From Planctomycetota bacterium (lineage in GTDB: Bacteria; Planctomycetota; B15-G4; SIAN01): a stretch of 64,000 bases of DNA. Position 1 is the first letter of the stretch; each line of letters starts with the position of its first letter. The stretch covers positions 45,830 to 109,829 of the forward strand of contig JANNXA010000044.1 of the NCBI GenBank assembly GCA_031409275.1, given 5' to 3'. Below are positions 37,014 to 47,759 of this stretch, one piece after another. The translations under genes and the position numbers were made by a program. The notes under the pieces were generated by a model. The model ran no database searches and was not told the DNA's origin. It worked only from the letters and a program-made list of their open reading frames with translations.

Positions 37014-37783
37014 CCGGTGCCGACGCAATCGACCCGACGCGCAACGGCCCTTCGCAACGGCCCATGCCAAGGATCGCATTCCGAGCGCTGCTGATCGCTG
37101 CGGGCAGCTCCGTCTCCGTACTCGCAATCTCCGTCGGGCCGATGTCGAGCGACGCCGACGGCATTCCACCTGATCTCGTTCCCCACCTCATCGCTGATCT
37201 GACCATCTTGAGCACGACGATCAGCTCCCTTTGGTCGGCGCAGGAGCACCACCGCCCGCCATTCGACGCCGGGGTGGTAACGTCCGGATCAGGCGTTCCT
37301 GTCCCCTGGGGGTGGAGGCTCAACGTCTATTTATCGTGGGCTCTTACGATTGCGTTGACGCAGTCAGCCATCGCGACGGTCGCCCTGCAGTTGGCGTCGC
37401 GATCGCCGGGCGGGTCGCTCGCCTTCGCGAGCGCCTCCGCGCCACAGCACTGGCTCTTCTTCGCGCGCCTGGCGACAGAAGCGCTCGCGACCACGGCTGT
37501 CGCGGGAGCGCTTTGCGCGTCTCGATCCCGGACGCTACGGACCGCCACCCTGTTCGTCACGGCGATGCTGCTCTGGCGTGGTCACCAGCTCTTTCCGTTG
37601 GCGTCTCTCGGAACCGGATTCAACGTGAGCGAGCGCCTCCTCTCAGCCGATGAAGGCGCTCGTTCGTCGCTGCTCTGGGGCCCGGCGATGGCGGCCGCCT
37701 TCGTGGCGGTCGGCGTCGTCGCGGCGTGGCTTGGGAGCAGCGCGGTGCCACTGTCGCCCCATCGATCCACTCGCCGCGAGTGA
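37010..37783 (+). CDS. Hypothetical multi-pass membrane protein
   Basis: ATGA overlap with acyP; several hydrophobic segments. Confidence 0.45.
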   Translation: MTGADAIDPTRNGPSQRPMPRIAFRALLIAAGSSVSVLAISVGPMSSDADGIPPDLVPHLIADLTILSTTISSLWSAQEHHRPPFDAGVVTSGSGVPVPWGWRLNVYLSWALTIALTQSAIATVALQLASRSPGGSLAFASASAPQHWLFFARLATEALATTAVAGALCASRSRTLRTATLFVTAMLLWRGHQLFPLASLGTGFNVSERLLSADEGARSSLLWGPAMAAAFVAVGVVAAWLGSSAVPLSPHRSTRRE

Positions 37784-37827
37784 TTTCCGGGGGGCGCCGA
37801 GCGGCGCATCGCTCGGGAGCTCGCCTC

Positions 37828-38553
37828 GTGAAGATCGCCGTTTTCAGTGACGTCCACGCCAACCTTGCCGCGCTACGTACGGTGCTCGACGACATCGATC
37901 GAGCCGGTGTCGAGGCGCGGCTCTGCCTCGGCGACAGCGTCGGTTATGGAGCCGACCCGCGCGCATGCCTCGACCTGCTCCTCGAGTCGTGTGACGTGCT
38001 GCTGGCCGGCAATCACGACCTCGCGGCGTCGGGCCGTCTCGACCTGAACCGCTTTTCGGGACTCGCGCGTCACGCCGTCCACTACGCGCGAGATCTATTG
38101 ACCGACTCGCAGCGCAAGGCGCTGGCGGAACTGCACGACGAGGAGTGGTGGGGGGACCTGTTGCTCGTCCATGCATCGCCCGCCGACCCGTCGGAGTTTC
38201 CGTATGTCCGCGACGCCGAAGCGGCGCGCGAGCAGTTCGACGGCCGGACGTTTCGCGCCGCGTTCTATGGACACACTCACATGCCGCTCGTCTTCCAGGA
38301 CGACGGCGAACGGGTCGGCCTGACGCTGCGGCCGCGCATCGAGATCGCACACGCCACTCGCTACCTGTGCAACGTCGGGAGCGTCGGCCAGCCGCGCGAC
38401 CAGGATCCGCGCGCATGCTGGACGCTCTACGACACGGATGCGCGCACTCTCTCGTTTCGTCGCGTGGCGTACGACGTCGACGCGGCGTCCGCGCGAATCA
38501 AGGAGGTCGGCCTGCCCGACGCGCTCGCCGCTCGATTGCTCGTCGGCGTCTGA
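37828..38553 (+). CDS. Calcineurin-like metallophosphoesterase
   Basis: 'FSDVHAN', 'LGDSVGYG', 'GNHD', 'GHTH', 'NVGSVGQPRD'; GTG start after GGAG. Confidence 0.92.
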   Translation: MKIAVFSDVHANLAALRTVLDDIDRAGVEARLCLGDSVGYGADPRACLDLLLESCDVLLAGNHDLAASGRLDLNRFSGLARHAVHYARDLLTDSQRKALAELHDEEWWGDLLLVHASPADPSEFPYVRDAEAAREQFDGRTFRAAFYGHTHMPLVFQDDGERVGLTLRPRIEIAHATRYLCNVGSVGQPRDQDPRACWTLYDTDARTLSFRRVAYDVDAASARIKEVGLPDALAARLLVGV

Positions 38554-38638
38554 CCTCCCGCTGAAGAACGCTCCGCGCATCCGGTGGCGTCATCGGCAGC
38601 GGGCCACCGATCGTCGAACTTCGCCCCGCGCGCGGCCG

Positions 38639-39976
38639 TCAGCTCTCGCGCAGGTAGGCGAGTTCTGCGGGCAATCGATCGAGCCCTCGTTCACCCAGCC
38701 CCGATTCGAACAGCAGGCGCAGGTGCGCGAGCGGTTCGCGGTCGCCGCGAAACGTGTACTTGCGACGCTGCGGGTGGCGGCCGACGAACAGGATCAGTCC
38801 CATCAGTGAATTCGCCGACGCCGACTCGCCGTCGACAACGATCTCCACCGGCTTCTCGTGCTTGCGCACGATTCGCACGATCAAGTTCAGCGGCCGCGCG
38901 TGCAGATGGAGCCCGTCGGGCAACTTGAGCTCGAGCAGGTCGTGCTGCATGAACTGCGGCAGAAGCTCGCGCACGAGCGGTTCGGCGGCCAACGTCGCTT
39001 CGACGGCGTAACGCAGCGCGAAGTGGACCGCACGCTCGAGCACCTGATCCGGCGGCACGATGCGCGCGATCTCGAGCTGCGTCGAACCGCGATTGTCGCG
39101 CCCCTCATGGCGCTCGTAGAAGTGGACCAGATCGTTCACCACTTCGAGCATGTGGTAGGCCAACGAGACGTGGCCGCGCAGACGCTGCAGTTCGGGCCGC
39201 TGGTGCGCCTGCGTCGGCTTGACGAACGTGTCATAGTCGGACTGCAGATTGTGAACGGCCGCCTTGTAGACGCGCGCCTCCGACTCGCCAAGGTGCTCGG
39301 TCATGAAGGCGCGCAAGTCGGCGCCGCGAGCCGGCATCTTGTCGCCGATGCGTCGAGCGCGTTCGGTCACCGAAAGGAACTGATTCAGGAGCACCGCGAC
39401 CGCGCCGTCGACGTCGTCGCGCCGCTCTTCAACAAGGTCGTGGGGGAGGTGTTGGCGGAAGTCCTTGATCTCGACGTCGCCAACGGCGACCGCGGGCCGC
39501 GTCGCTGGCATCACGCCGAGCCGGCGCGCCTCTTCGTTCAGCGCGGCCACGAGCGCGGCGATCGATTGCGCCAGGAAACGCATCGTCGTCAGCAGCTGGC
39601 TCGGGAAGGCGACGATCAGCGACTGCCCGTCGTCGTACTTTCCCGGCATCTCGACGCCGTATTTGGCGAATCGAACCAGCACGTGGCCGAGCGTGTGTCC
39701 GGTGACGGCGAGGTTGCGAATGCTCGCGACCAGCTCCGCGAACAGCACATACGTCCGATTGTTGCGCGCGTGGAAGTTGTCGAGGAAGGTCTCGAGCTGG
39801 TGCGCGGCTTCCTGCAGGGCCCAGAAGTGCTTGCGGCCGACCGCCTCCGGCTGGTTCGGCAGGCCCGCCAGGAGAGAGAACAAGGTCGCCTGCGGCGCTG
39901 CCTCGCGCAGCACCTTCTTGAACTCGTCGACGCTGATGAGCCGTTCTCGCGAGCCCGTGTCGATGGGATCACCCAC
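38639..39976 (-). CDS. Large helical protein with a C-terminal HPr (phosphocarrier) domain; start uncertain
   Basis: C-terminal 'LHARP' (His15 motif) and 'ANSLMGL' (Ser46 motif); long uninterrupted N-terminal region. Confidence 0.75.
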   Translation of the reverse strand: MGDPIDTGSRERLISVDEFKKVLREAAPQATLFSLLAGLPNQPEAVGRKHFWALQEAAHQLETFLDNFHARNNRTYVLFAELVASIRNLAVTGHTLGHVLVRFAKYGVEMPGKYDDGQSLIVAFPSQLLTTMRFLAQSIAALVAALNEEARRLGVMPATRPAVAVGDVEIKDFRQHLPHDLVEERRDDVDGAVAVLLNQFLSVTERARRIGDKMPARGADLRAFMTEHLGESEARVYKAAVHNLQSDYDTFVKPTQAHQRPELQRLRGHVSLAYHMLEVVNDLVHFYERHEGRDNRGSTQLEIARIVPPDQVLERAVHFALRYAVEATLAAEPLVRELLPQFMQHDLLELKLPDGLHLHARPLNLIVRIVRKHEKPVEIVVDGESASANSLMGLILFVGRHPQRRKYTFRGDREPLAHLRLLFESGLGERGLDRLPAELAYLRES

Positions 39977-40114
39977 GATCTCGATTCCGTTCCTGACCTT
40001 CGACCCCCGACGGGAGCCGAGCGGGGCGGAGCTTCCCAACCGAATCCGCGCCCTTCAATCAAGGAATCGACCAGCGATGGTCGAAAGCAGGAGTGGTTCT
40101 TCTCGGAGCAACCC

Positions 40115-40939
40115 ATTTCGAGCCACGCGACACTCCCGACGTACCTGCGCGAGATCAACGAAGTCCCGCTGCTTTGCGCAGAGGAAGAAATCGCGATCGC
40201 GCGCCGCGTCCGCAACGGCGATCAGGACGCGCGCGAGCAGCTGATTCGCGCCAACCTGCGCCTCGTGGTCAGCATCGCCAAGCACTACGGCAACCGCGGG
40301 CTGCCGCTGCTCGACCTCATCGAAGAGGGCAACCTCGGCCTCATGCGCGCGGTCGAGCGCTTCGATCCCGACGCCGAGTGCCGCTTCTCGACCTACGCGA
40401 CCTGGTGGATCAAGCAGGGGATCCGCCGCGCGCTGGTCAACTCGGTGCGCACGGTCCGCGTGCCTTCCTACATGATCGAGCTGATCTACCGTTGGCGCGT
40501 CACCGAGGCCAAGCTGCGCCAGGAACTCGGCCGCGACGCGACGCGCGACGAGGTCGCCGCCCGGCTCGAGCTCGGCCCCGAGCACCGCCGCCAGATCCGC
40601 CGCGCGCTGCGCATCGCTCACACGTCGACGCAGTCGATGTCGCTCGACGACTCGACCGACCTCGCCGACTCGATCGCCGACCCCGGCGCGCGCAGGCCGG
40701 ACGACCTGCTCTTCGACACCCACGAGCGCGAGCAGTTGAAGCGCCTGCTGGCCAAGATCGACGAGCGCCAGGCCCGCATCCTGCGCCTGCGTTACGGATT
40801 CGAAGGCGAGCCGCCGATGACGCTGCGCGAGATCGGGGTGTGCCTCGGCATCACCCGCGAGCGCGTCCGCCAGATCCAGAACGAAGCGCTCGAGAGCCTC
40901 TACCTCGCGCTGGTCCCCGGCCGCGGCGGCGCGGACTGA
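40115..40939 (+). CDS. Sigma-70 factor, RpoD/RpoS-like without region 1.1; probable ATT start
   Basis: 'YLREI...PLL..EEE', '[12 protein letters not shown]', '[10 protein letters not shown]', '[12 protein letters not shown]', '[17 protein letters not shown]'. Confidence 0.9.
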   Translation: MSSHATLPTYLREINEVPLLCAEEEIAIARRVRNGDQDAREQLIRANLRLVVSIAKHYGNRGLPLLDLIEEGNLGLMRAVERFDPDAECRFSTYATWWIKQGIRRALVNSVRTVRVPSYMIELIYRWRVTEAKLRQELGRDATRDEVAARLELGPEHRRQIRRALRIAHTSTQSMSLDDSTDLADSIADPGARRPDDLLFDTHEREQLKRLLAKIDERQARILRLRYGFEGEPPMTLREIGVCLGITRERVRQIQNEALESLYLALVPGRGGAD

Positions 40940-40970
40940 GGCAGCGCGCCGCGACGATCGCATCGGCACA

Positions 40971-42113
40971 ATGGCGCCGATGTCCTCCGCGCCCACCTCG
41001 CTCTACGTCCACGTTCCGTTCTGCATCCGCCGTTGCGCCTACTGCGACTTCGCGACGGCGCCCTACGACGACGCGAGCGCGAAGGCGTACGTGCCGCGGT
41101 TGCTGGAAGAGCTGAAGCGAGTTCCGCGGCAGGCGCCGATGCAGACGGTCTATTTCGGAGGTGGCACTCCGACCGCGTTGGCCGAGCCGGAACTCGAGCG
41201 GCTGCTCGCCGCCGTGCGCGATCGCGTCGCGCTGCGCCCCGACACCGAGTGGACCTGCGAGGCGAATCCCGAATCGGTGACTCCGGCGAAGGCGCGCCTG
41301 CTGCGCGACGCGGGCGTCAATCGAGTGAGCCTCGGCGCGCAGTCGTTCCAGGCGCCGGTGCTGGCGGCACTCGGTCGCGAACACGCGCCGCCGCACGTCT
41401 TCAAGGCGCTCGAGATCCTGCGCACCGCGGGGTTCCGCCGCCTCACGCTCGACCTCATGTTCGCAGCGCCTGGCGAGACGCTCGAGCAGCTCGACGCCGA
41501 TCTCGCGCAGCTGACCACGCTGCAGCTCGACCACGTGTCGGCCTACTGCCTCACCTATGAAGCGGGCACCCCGCTGACCCGCATGCGCGCCGAGGGGCGC
41601 GTCACGCCGCACGACGACGACACCGAGCTCGTCCACTACCGCCGCGTGCGCGAGCGGTTGGCCGCCGCCGGCCTCGCGCACTACGAGATCTCCAACTACG
41701 CGCGTCCCGGCGAGGAGTCGCGCCACAACCTCGTCTACTGGCGCGGCGAGGAGTACTTCGGCGTGGGGCTCGGCGCGGGCAGCTACGAGTTCGGCACGCG
41801 CCGCACCAACACGCGCGTGCTGGCCGAGTACATGGGGGAGTGGGGCGGCTCACTTCATCCGCCGCACGAGGCGGAGACGCTGGCGCCCGATGCGAAGGCG
41901 CGCGAGCGGGTGATCCTGGGGCTGCGGCTGCGCGCCGGCCTCGATGAGGCCGCGTTCGCCGCGGCGACCGGGATCCCTCTCGCCGAGCTCTATCGGGAGC
42001 GCGAGCTCGAATCGCTCGTCGCGCGCGGCCTCCTCGAACGCACCGCCACCAAGATCCGCCTCACCGCACGCGGCCTCGAGCTCGCCGACGAGGTCTTCGT
42101 CGAACTGGTGTGA
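40971..42113 (+). CDS. hemW: Radical SAM heme chaperone HemW (HemN-like)
   Basis: 'LYVHVPFCIRRCAYCDF', 'GGGTP', 'YEISNY', 'HNLVYW'. Confidence 0.9.
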   Translation: MAPMSSAPTSLYVHVPFCIRRCAYCDFATAPYDDASAKAYVPRLLEELKRVPRQAPMQTVYFGGGTPTALAEPELERLLAAVRDRVALRPDTEWTCEANPESVTPAKARLLRDAGVNRVSLGAQSFQAPVLAALGREHAPPHVFKALEILRTAGFRRLTLDLMFAAPGETLEQLDADLAQLTTLQLDHVSAYCLTYEAGTPLTRMRAEGRVTPHDDDTELVHYRRVRERLAAAGLAHYEISNYARPGEESRHNLVYWRGEEYFGVGLGAGSYEFGTRRTNTRVLAEYMGEWGGSLHPPHEAETLAPDAKARERVILGLRLRAGLDEAAFAAATGIPLAELYRERELESLVARGLLERTATKIRLTARGLELADEVFVELV

Positions 42114-42231
42114 ACGACGCCCGCCCGCGCCGCCGCGGACCGCTGAACCGACCGTGTAACGCCGGCGATCGGTTCCGGGTGTCACACTCGCCGTTCGCCC
42201 GAGTCCAACGGGTACGGCGAGGAGCTCGCCC

Positions 42232-43530
42232 ATGCATCGCCGCTGCCATGCGTCCTTCGCCGCCGCGCTCGGCCTCGCGTCCTTCGCCTCTCACGTGCAC
42301 GCCCAGACCTTCACCCACAAGGGCGTTGGCTCGCAGGGGGACTCGAAGTACGGCCAGGTGGTCGCCACGCTCAACGACGTCGACGGCGACGGCGGCGCCG
42401 ACTACGCGGTCGGGGCGCCCGACTTCAACAACGTCGCGTGGTGGTGGAACTACCCCGACGCCGGCCGCGTCCTCATCGTGAACGGCCGCACAGGATCAAC
42501 GATCCGCACGCACACCGGCGGCAGCACCGGCGAAAAGTTCGGCACCGCGATCTCGCTCGCTCCCGACTGCGACGCCGACGGCAAGAGCGACTACGCCATC
42601 GGCGCGCCCGGCTACTCGTCCTCGAAGGGGCGCGTCTCCGTCTTCAGCTCGGCGAGCGGCGCGCTGCTCTGGACCCACGACGGCACGTTCTCGAACGACT
42701 TCCACGGCGCGTCGATCGCCCGCATCTCCGACGCCAACGGCGACGGCTTCGATGAGATCGCGATCGGTCGCCCGCAGTCCGGCATCAGCCCGGGCTACGT
42801 CTACGTCCGCGACCGCAACAACCAGCACGTCATGGTGATCGGCGCGTTCACCGGCATCTCGCGCTTCGGCTCCGCCATCTGCAAAGGACCCGACCTGAAC
42901 AAGGACGGCACCCTCGACTTCCTGGTCGGCGCGCCACTCGCCGACGTCAACGTGTCGTTCAACTACGTCGACGCCGGCATCATCTACGGTCTCGATGCCA
43001 AGACCGGCGCGCTGATCTCCAGCTTCTACGAGCTGGCGACGGGCGCGCAGTTCGGGACTTCGATCAGCACGCTGCTCGACACCAACTACGACGGCTACGG
43101 CGAGATCGTGGTGGGCGCGCCGGCGTGGTCGAACTGGACCGGCTTCGCTTGCGTCTACAGCGGCAAGACGGGCAACAAGCTATTCCGCGTCGACTCGACC
43201 TACTCGAACTTCGAGTACTTCGGTCAGTCCGTCTGCAACGCCGGCGACTGGAACAGCGACGGCCGCGGCGATTTCGCCGTGGGCATCCCCGGCTACAGCG
43301 GCGCGATCGGCGCCATCGAGGTCCATAGCGGCAGCACCGGCGCGCTGCTCCACCTCGTCGACGCCTCGACCCTCTCTTGGGGGTCGGGTGAAGGGAACGG
43401 CAACTTCGGCTGGTCGCTGGCCGGCGGTCTCTTCGACAACGACTTCGCCTTCGACCTCCTGATCGGCGACCCGACCTACGTGAAGAGCGCCTCGATCCGC
43501 GGCTCTCATCACCTGCTCGAGCGCTACTGA
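42232..43530 (+). CDS. Secreted FG-GAP (integrin-alpha-like) beta-propeller protein
   Basis: Signal peptide; about seven repeats 'DVDGDGGADYAVGAP', 'DCDADGKSDYAIGAP', 'DLNKDGTLDFLVGAP', 'DTNYDGYGEIVVGAP'. Confidence 0.9.
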   Translation: MHRRCHASFAAALGLASFASHVHAQTFTHKGVGSQGDSKYGQVVATLNDVDGDGGADYAVGAPDFNNVAWWWNYPDAGRVLIVNGRTGSTIRTHTGGSTGEKFGTAISLAPDCDADGKSDYAIGAPGYSSSKGRVSVFSSASGALLWTHDGTFSNDFHGASIARISDANGDGFDEIAIGRPQSGISPGYVYVRDRNNQHVMVIGAFTGISRFGSAICKGPDLNKDGTLDFLVGAPLADVNVSFNYVDAGIIYGLDAKTGALISSFYELATGAQFGTSISTLLDTNYDGYGEIVVGAPAWSNWTGFACVYSGKTGNKLFRVDSTYSNFEYFGQSVCNAGDWNSDGRGDFAVGIPGYSGAIGAIEVHSGSTGALLHLVDASTLSWGSGEGNGNFGWSLAGGLFDNDFAFDLLIGDPTYVKSASIRGSHHLLERY

Positions 43531-43722
43531 ACGCGACTGCCTCGGCCTGAGCCACCTTCGCCACCCGGCGACCTTCCAGCCTCCATCGGCCGCGCCGCGT
43601 AACGCTCGCGCGCCGATGCGGGTGGATCCTCTTGCGGCCGCTGCGGGTCGCCAGGCGCGAGCGGTCCAGTGCCCGAGAACTGCCCGGACGGCCCTTGCTG
43701 CGATCCATCACGAGAAGCTCAG

Positions 43723-46584
43723 ATGCTGCGCATGTCGGATGGAAGCGCGGACCGCTCGAAGGTGCTCGACCTAGTCGCCGCCTGCCTCGAGCAGCTCGAC
43801 GATCGCGGCCCCGCCATCGTCGATGAGGTCTGCGCCAACGCGCCCGAACTGAAAGAGGCCGTGCGGCGTCGCATCGCGGCGCTGCAGCGACTCGGCCTCG
43901 CCCGCGCCGGGGGCGACCCGCAAGAGAAGTTCCCCGAGCAGCTCGGCGAGTTCCGCCTGCTGCGCTGCATCGGCGGCGGCGGCATGGGCGTCGTCTACCT
44001 CGCCGAGCAGACGTCGCTCGGTCGCAAGGTCGCGCTCAAGCTGATCCGGCCCGAGCACCTCTTCTTCCCCAACGCGCGCGAGCGCTTCCGCCGCGAAGTG
44101 GACGCCGTCTCGCGATTGCGCCACCCGGCGGTCGTTCCGATCTACACCTTCGGCGAATCGGCGGGCGTGCCGTACTACGCCATGGAATGGGTCGATGGGG
44201 CGAGCCTCGAAGAAGTGCTGCAGACGCTGCGCGGGCGCCAGCCGCAGGACCTCTCCGGCGCCGACCTGCGCAGCGCGCTGCAGGCGTGTCGTGACGCCCG
44301 CGCCGCCGATCAGCTGCCGCACGACGACGAGCCGCTGCGCGAGGTCCCTGGCTCGCCGTTCTCCGCGACCAATTGGGTCGAAGCGTGCTTCCGCTTGCTG
44401 CTGCCGGTGGCGCACGCGCTCGAACACGCGCATCGCAATGGCGTCATCCATCGCGACATCAAGCCTTCCAACATCATGCTCACGCGCGACGGTCGCGTGC
44501 TGGTGCTCGACTTCGGCCTCGCCACGACGAGCGGAGCGTCGCGCCTGACGCAAAGCGGCGCCCAGCTCGGCTCGCTGCCGTTCATGCCGCCGGAGCTGGT
44601 GCGCGGTGGCACCGGCTCCGGCGATGCGAGAGGCGACTTCTATTCGCTGGGAGTCACGCTCTACGAGCTGCTGACGTTGTCGCGCGCCTTCAAGGACAAG
44701 GACCAGGACGTCGAGCGGGTGCGCGAAGCCATCCTGGACGGCAAGTTCCAGCCGCTGCGACGACTCCACCCCGGGTTGCGTTGGGACGCGGAGACCGTCT
44801 GCCTGGTCGCGATGGAGCGCGATCCGGCACGCCGCTACGCCGACGCGACCGCCTTCGCGACCGACCTCGAAGCGGTGCTCACGCTGCGGCCGATCGCGGC
44901 GCGGCGACCCGGCGTGATGCTGCGTCTGCGCCGACTGCTGCAACGCCATCCCGCCCTCACGGTGGCCGGCACCGCGATCCTGCTGCTCGCGACGGCGCTG
45001 CCCGCGGTCTGGGGCTGGCAGCAGAAGGCGCGCAACGACGATCTCCTGGCGCTGAACGCGAAGCTCGCGACGCAGGTGCAACGCACGCGCTCCGCGGTGA
45101 CGCGCTTCCTCGACGAAACGGGCAACGTAACGTTGACCAACGTGCCGGGCGCCGAACCGCTGCGTCGTCAGCTGGTCATGCAAGCGACGGCGCTCTTCGA
45201 GGAGCTCTTCCGCGAGAGTCCGAGCAGCGAGCTGCGCAACGATCTGGCGCAGGCGAGCTCGCGCCTGGCCGTGCGTTGCCGCGAGCTCGGCGACGACGAA
45301 GCGGGCACCGCCGCGATGGAACGCGCGATGGAACTGTTCGATGGCCCAGAGGCGCTGCCGGTCATCACCTACGGCGACCGCCTGGCGCGCGCGACGGTCC
45401 GCAGCGACTACGCGAACCTCTTCCTGGAAGAGCGTCTCGACGGTGCGCTGCCCGCATTGAAACGGGTGGTCGCCGAGTGGGCGGCGCTCCACGCCGAACA
45501 CCCCGATCCCGAAGTGCGCAGCAATTGGTGCCTCGCGCTGGCGACGCTCGCCTCCTCGATGGAGCTGCCGGCGGAAGAGGCGCGCGCCGCCGTGCGCCAG
45601 ATGATGACGCTGATGCCGGCGGCCGATGCGCCCGATCGTCTGATGCGTGACGATCTGCGCTTCGCGAACGGCTTGTACAACCTCGCCAATCACTTCTCCC
45701 GCCGCGACCTCTTCGCGGAATCGGCGGAGCTCTATCGCGAGTCGATCCGGCTGCTCGAAGCGCTCGATCGGCGCGCGCCCGACCACGTGCAGACGCAAGA
45801 GCTCCTGGCCATCGCGCTGCTCGAGCTCGGCCAGTCGCTGCGGATCGTCGATCGCTGCGAAGAGGCGCTGGAACTGCTGCGCAAAGGTCACGATGGCGCG
45901 CGTCGCCTCGCGCTGCTGTTTCCTTCGCGACCCGAGTTCTCTGCCCGCGCTGGAACGACCGCGCTGATCATCGGCGAGGTGCTGCTCGACCTCGACGATC
46001 CGCTGGCGGCGAAGCTCGCGCTCAAGGACTCGCTGACCGAATTCGAGGCGGCGCAAGCACTGGCGCCCGATGACTCGAGCACGATCAACTTCCTTAGCCC
46101 GGTCCATCGAGCGCTGACACGCGCCTTCCTTGAGCTCGAAGACGAGGTCGCCGCGGCGCCGGAGTGGGAGTCCGCGCTCCACGCTGCGCAGCGTGCCGCG
46201 ACGGTGGAGCCGCGCAACCCGTGGGCGCACGCGGAGATCGGTGAGGTGTGGCTGCTGGCGGCGGCGCACCCCGAACTGGCGCTCAACGACGAGAGCGCGC
46301 TCGACTGCGCGCGGCACGCCTTCGCCGCCGCCGCTTCAGCGGTCGACATGGCACCCGAGTTCCCCGACTTCGCCGAGCTGGCGCGCGAGGCGACCGCCGC
46401 GGCACTGCGCGAGCTGCTGCCGGAGACAGGCGCGCGCGACATCGTCGGCGCGCGCGAATTGCTCGCGCGACTCGTCGCGATCAAGGCCCTCGACCTCGCG
46501 ACCGTCGCAGAGTCCCGCGAGTTCGCGTCGTGGATGAGCGACGCCTCGTTTCGCGAGCTGATCGGCGCGTTGCAGTCGCAGTGA
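43723..46584 (+). CDS. Transmembrane Ser/Thr protein kinase with a TPR-like C-terminus
   Basis: 'GGGGMG', 'VALK', 'HRDIKPSN', 'DFG', 'FMPPE'; TM 'VAGTAILLLATALPAVW'. Confidence 0.92.
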   Translation: MLRMSDGSADRSKVLDLVAACLEQLDDRGPAIVDEVCANAPELKEAVRRRIAALQRLGLARAGGDPQEKFPEQLGEFRLLRCIGGGGMGVVYLAEQTSLGRKVALKLIRPEHLFFPNARERFRREVDAVSRLRHPAVVPIYTFGESAGVPYYAMEWVDGASLEEVLQTLRGRQPQDLSGADLRSALQACRDARAADQLPHDDEPLREVPGSPFSATNWVEACFRLLLPVAHALEHAHRNGVIHRDIKPSNIMLTRDGRVLVLDFGLATTSGASRLTQSGAQLGSLPFMPPELVRGGTGSGDARGDFYSLGVTLYELLTLSRAFKDKDQDVERVREAILDGKFQPLRRLHPGLRWDAETVCLVAMERDPARRYADATAFATDLEAVLTLRPIAARRPGVMLRLRRLLQRHPALTVAGTAILLLATALPAVWGWQQKARNDDLLALNAKLATQVQRTRSAVTRFLDETGNVTLTNVPGAEPLRRQLVMQATALFEELFRESPSSELRNDLAQASSRLAVRCRELGDDEAGTAAMERAMELFDGPEALPVITYGDRLARATVRSDYANLFLEERLDGALPALKRVVAEWAALHAEHPDPEVRSNWCLALATLASSMELPAEEARAAVRQMMTLMPAADAPDRLMRDDLRFANGLYNLANHFSRRDLFAESAELYRESIRLLEALDRRAPDHVQTQELLAIALLELGQSLRIVDRCEEALELLRKGHDGARRLALLFPSRPEFSARAGTTALIIGEVLLDLDDPLAAKLALKDSLTEFEAAQALAPDDSSTINFLSPVHRALTRAFLELEDEVAAAPEWESALHAAQRAATVEPRNPWAHAEIGEVWLLAAAHPELALNDESALDCARHAFAAAASAVDMAPEFPDFAELAREATAAALRELLPETGARDIVGARELLARLVAIKALDLATVAESREFASWMSDASFRELIGALQSQ

Positions 46585-46859
46585 CGCTCGCCAAAGGGCG
46601 AGCGCCCGGGGGCCGCGCTCGGCGAAGACGCGTGGCGACGCGTCGCAGTCCTCGCAAACGCAACCACCGGTGGCGGGGATCTTTCCTCCGCCGTTCCCGC
46701 ACCCGGCGCGCCCGCGAGTTGGGCCGCTGGCTCGTTTCGCGCTGATCGAATCGGTCGATTGCCGGAGGAGCGCGTGTGCGGGTGGTGCGGTGGAAAGATC
46801 CCCGCCACCTTCGAGGCGCGCTACGATCCCCGCGCTTCAAAACTGAAGGGAGCGCAAGC

Positions 46860-47756
46860 GTGCCGGCCAGCCACGTCTTCGATCGTCTCGACGAGCTTTG
46901 CCAGAAGAGCCGCTCGGCGGTCTGCGTCGGCCTCGATCCTCACTACGAGCTGCTGCCACCCGACACCCAGGGCCGCGGCGCCGTGCGCCACGTGCGCGAC
47001 TTCCTGTTCGAAGTCATGGCCGCGATCGAGGGGGTGGTGCCCTGCGTCAAGCCGCAGATCGCCTTCTTCGAGGCGCTCGGGCCCGACGGCTACGCGCTCT
47101 ACTTCGACGTCGTGCGCGAGGCGCATCGGCGCGGCTTCTTCGTGATCGGCGACATCAAGCGCGCCGACATCGGCTCGACCGCCGCCGCCTACGCGAAGGG
47201 TCACCTCGGGCCCGACGACGGCTCGGCGGTCGACGCGGTCACGCTCAATCCCTACCTCGGCAGCGACGGGATCGAGCCGTTCCTCAAGGTCGGCCGCGCG
47301 AAAGGTCGCGGCGTCTTCGTGCTCGCCCGCACCTCCAACCCGTCAGGCAAGGAGATGCAGGATGTGGGCGGCGCCAACGGCGGCACGCCGCTCTACCGCG
47401 TCGTCGGCGCGAAGCTCGAGCAGTGGGGCGCGGAGCACGTCGGCGCTCGCGGCTACAGCGACGTCGGCGCCGTCGTCGGTGCGACCCACCCCGACGAAGG
47501 CGCGCTGCTGCGGCGCGAACTGCCGCACACGTACTTCCTTGTTCCCGGCTACGGCGCGCAGGGCGGCACGGCGGCCGACGTCGCGCGCACCTTCGACGCG
47601 AAAGGCGGCGGTGCCGTGGTCAACTCCTCGCGCGGGATCCTCTTCGCGTGGAAAGAACACGAGGCGCAAGGCGGCGCGACACGCTTCGCCGAGCTGGCGC
47701 GCGCCGCCGCCATCGCCACCAGCAACGCGATCCGCGCCGCCATCGCGGCACGGTGA
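46860..47756 (+). CDS. pyrF: Orotidine-5'-phosphate decarboxylase (subfamily 2)
   Basis: 'CVGLDP', 'KPQIAFFE', 'DIKRADIGST', 'RTSNP', 'VPGYGAQGG', 'NSSRGI'. Confidence 0.95.
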   Translation: MPASHVFDRLDELCQKSRSAVCVGLDPHYELLPPDTQGRGAVRHVRDFLFEVMAAIEGVVPCVKPQIAFFEALGPDGYALYFDVVREAHRRGFFVIGDIKRADIGSTAAAYAKGHLGPDDGSAVDAVTLNPYLGSDGIEPFLKVGRAKGRGVFVLARTSNPSGKEMQDVGGANGGTPLYRVVGAKLEQWGAEHVGARGYSDVGAVVGATHPDEGALLRRELPHTYFLVPGYGAQGGTAADVARTFDAKGGGAVVNSSRGILFAWKEHEAQGGATRFAELARAAAIATSNAIRAAIAAR

Positions 47757-47759
47757 GTC

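Noticed and set aside
38858..40114. Apparent ~420-aa N-terminal extension of the sigma factor
   Set aside because: It is the antisense frame of the HPr-fusion gene.
42155..42210. TGTAAC / TGTCAC...GTC as an ECF promoter for the FG-GAP gene
   Set aside because: Short motifs with ambiguous spacing; cannot be supported without a matrix or TSS data.
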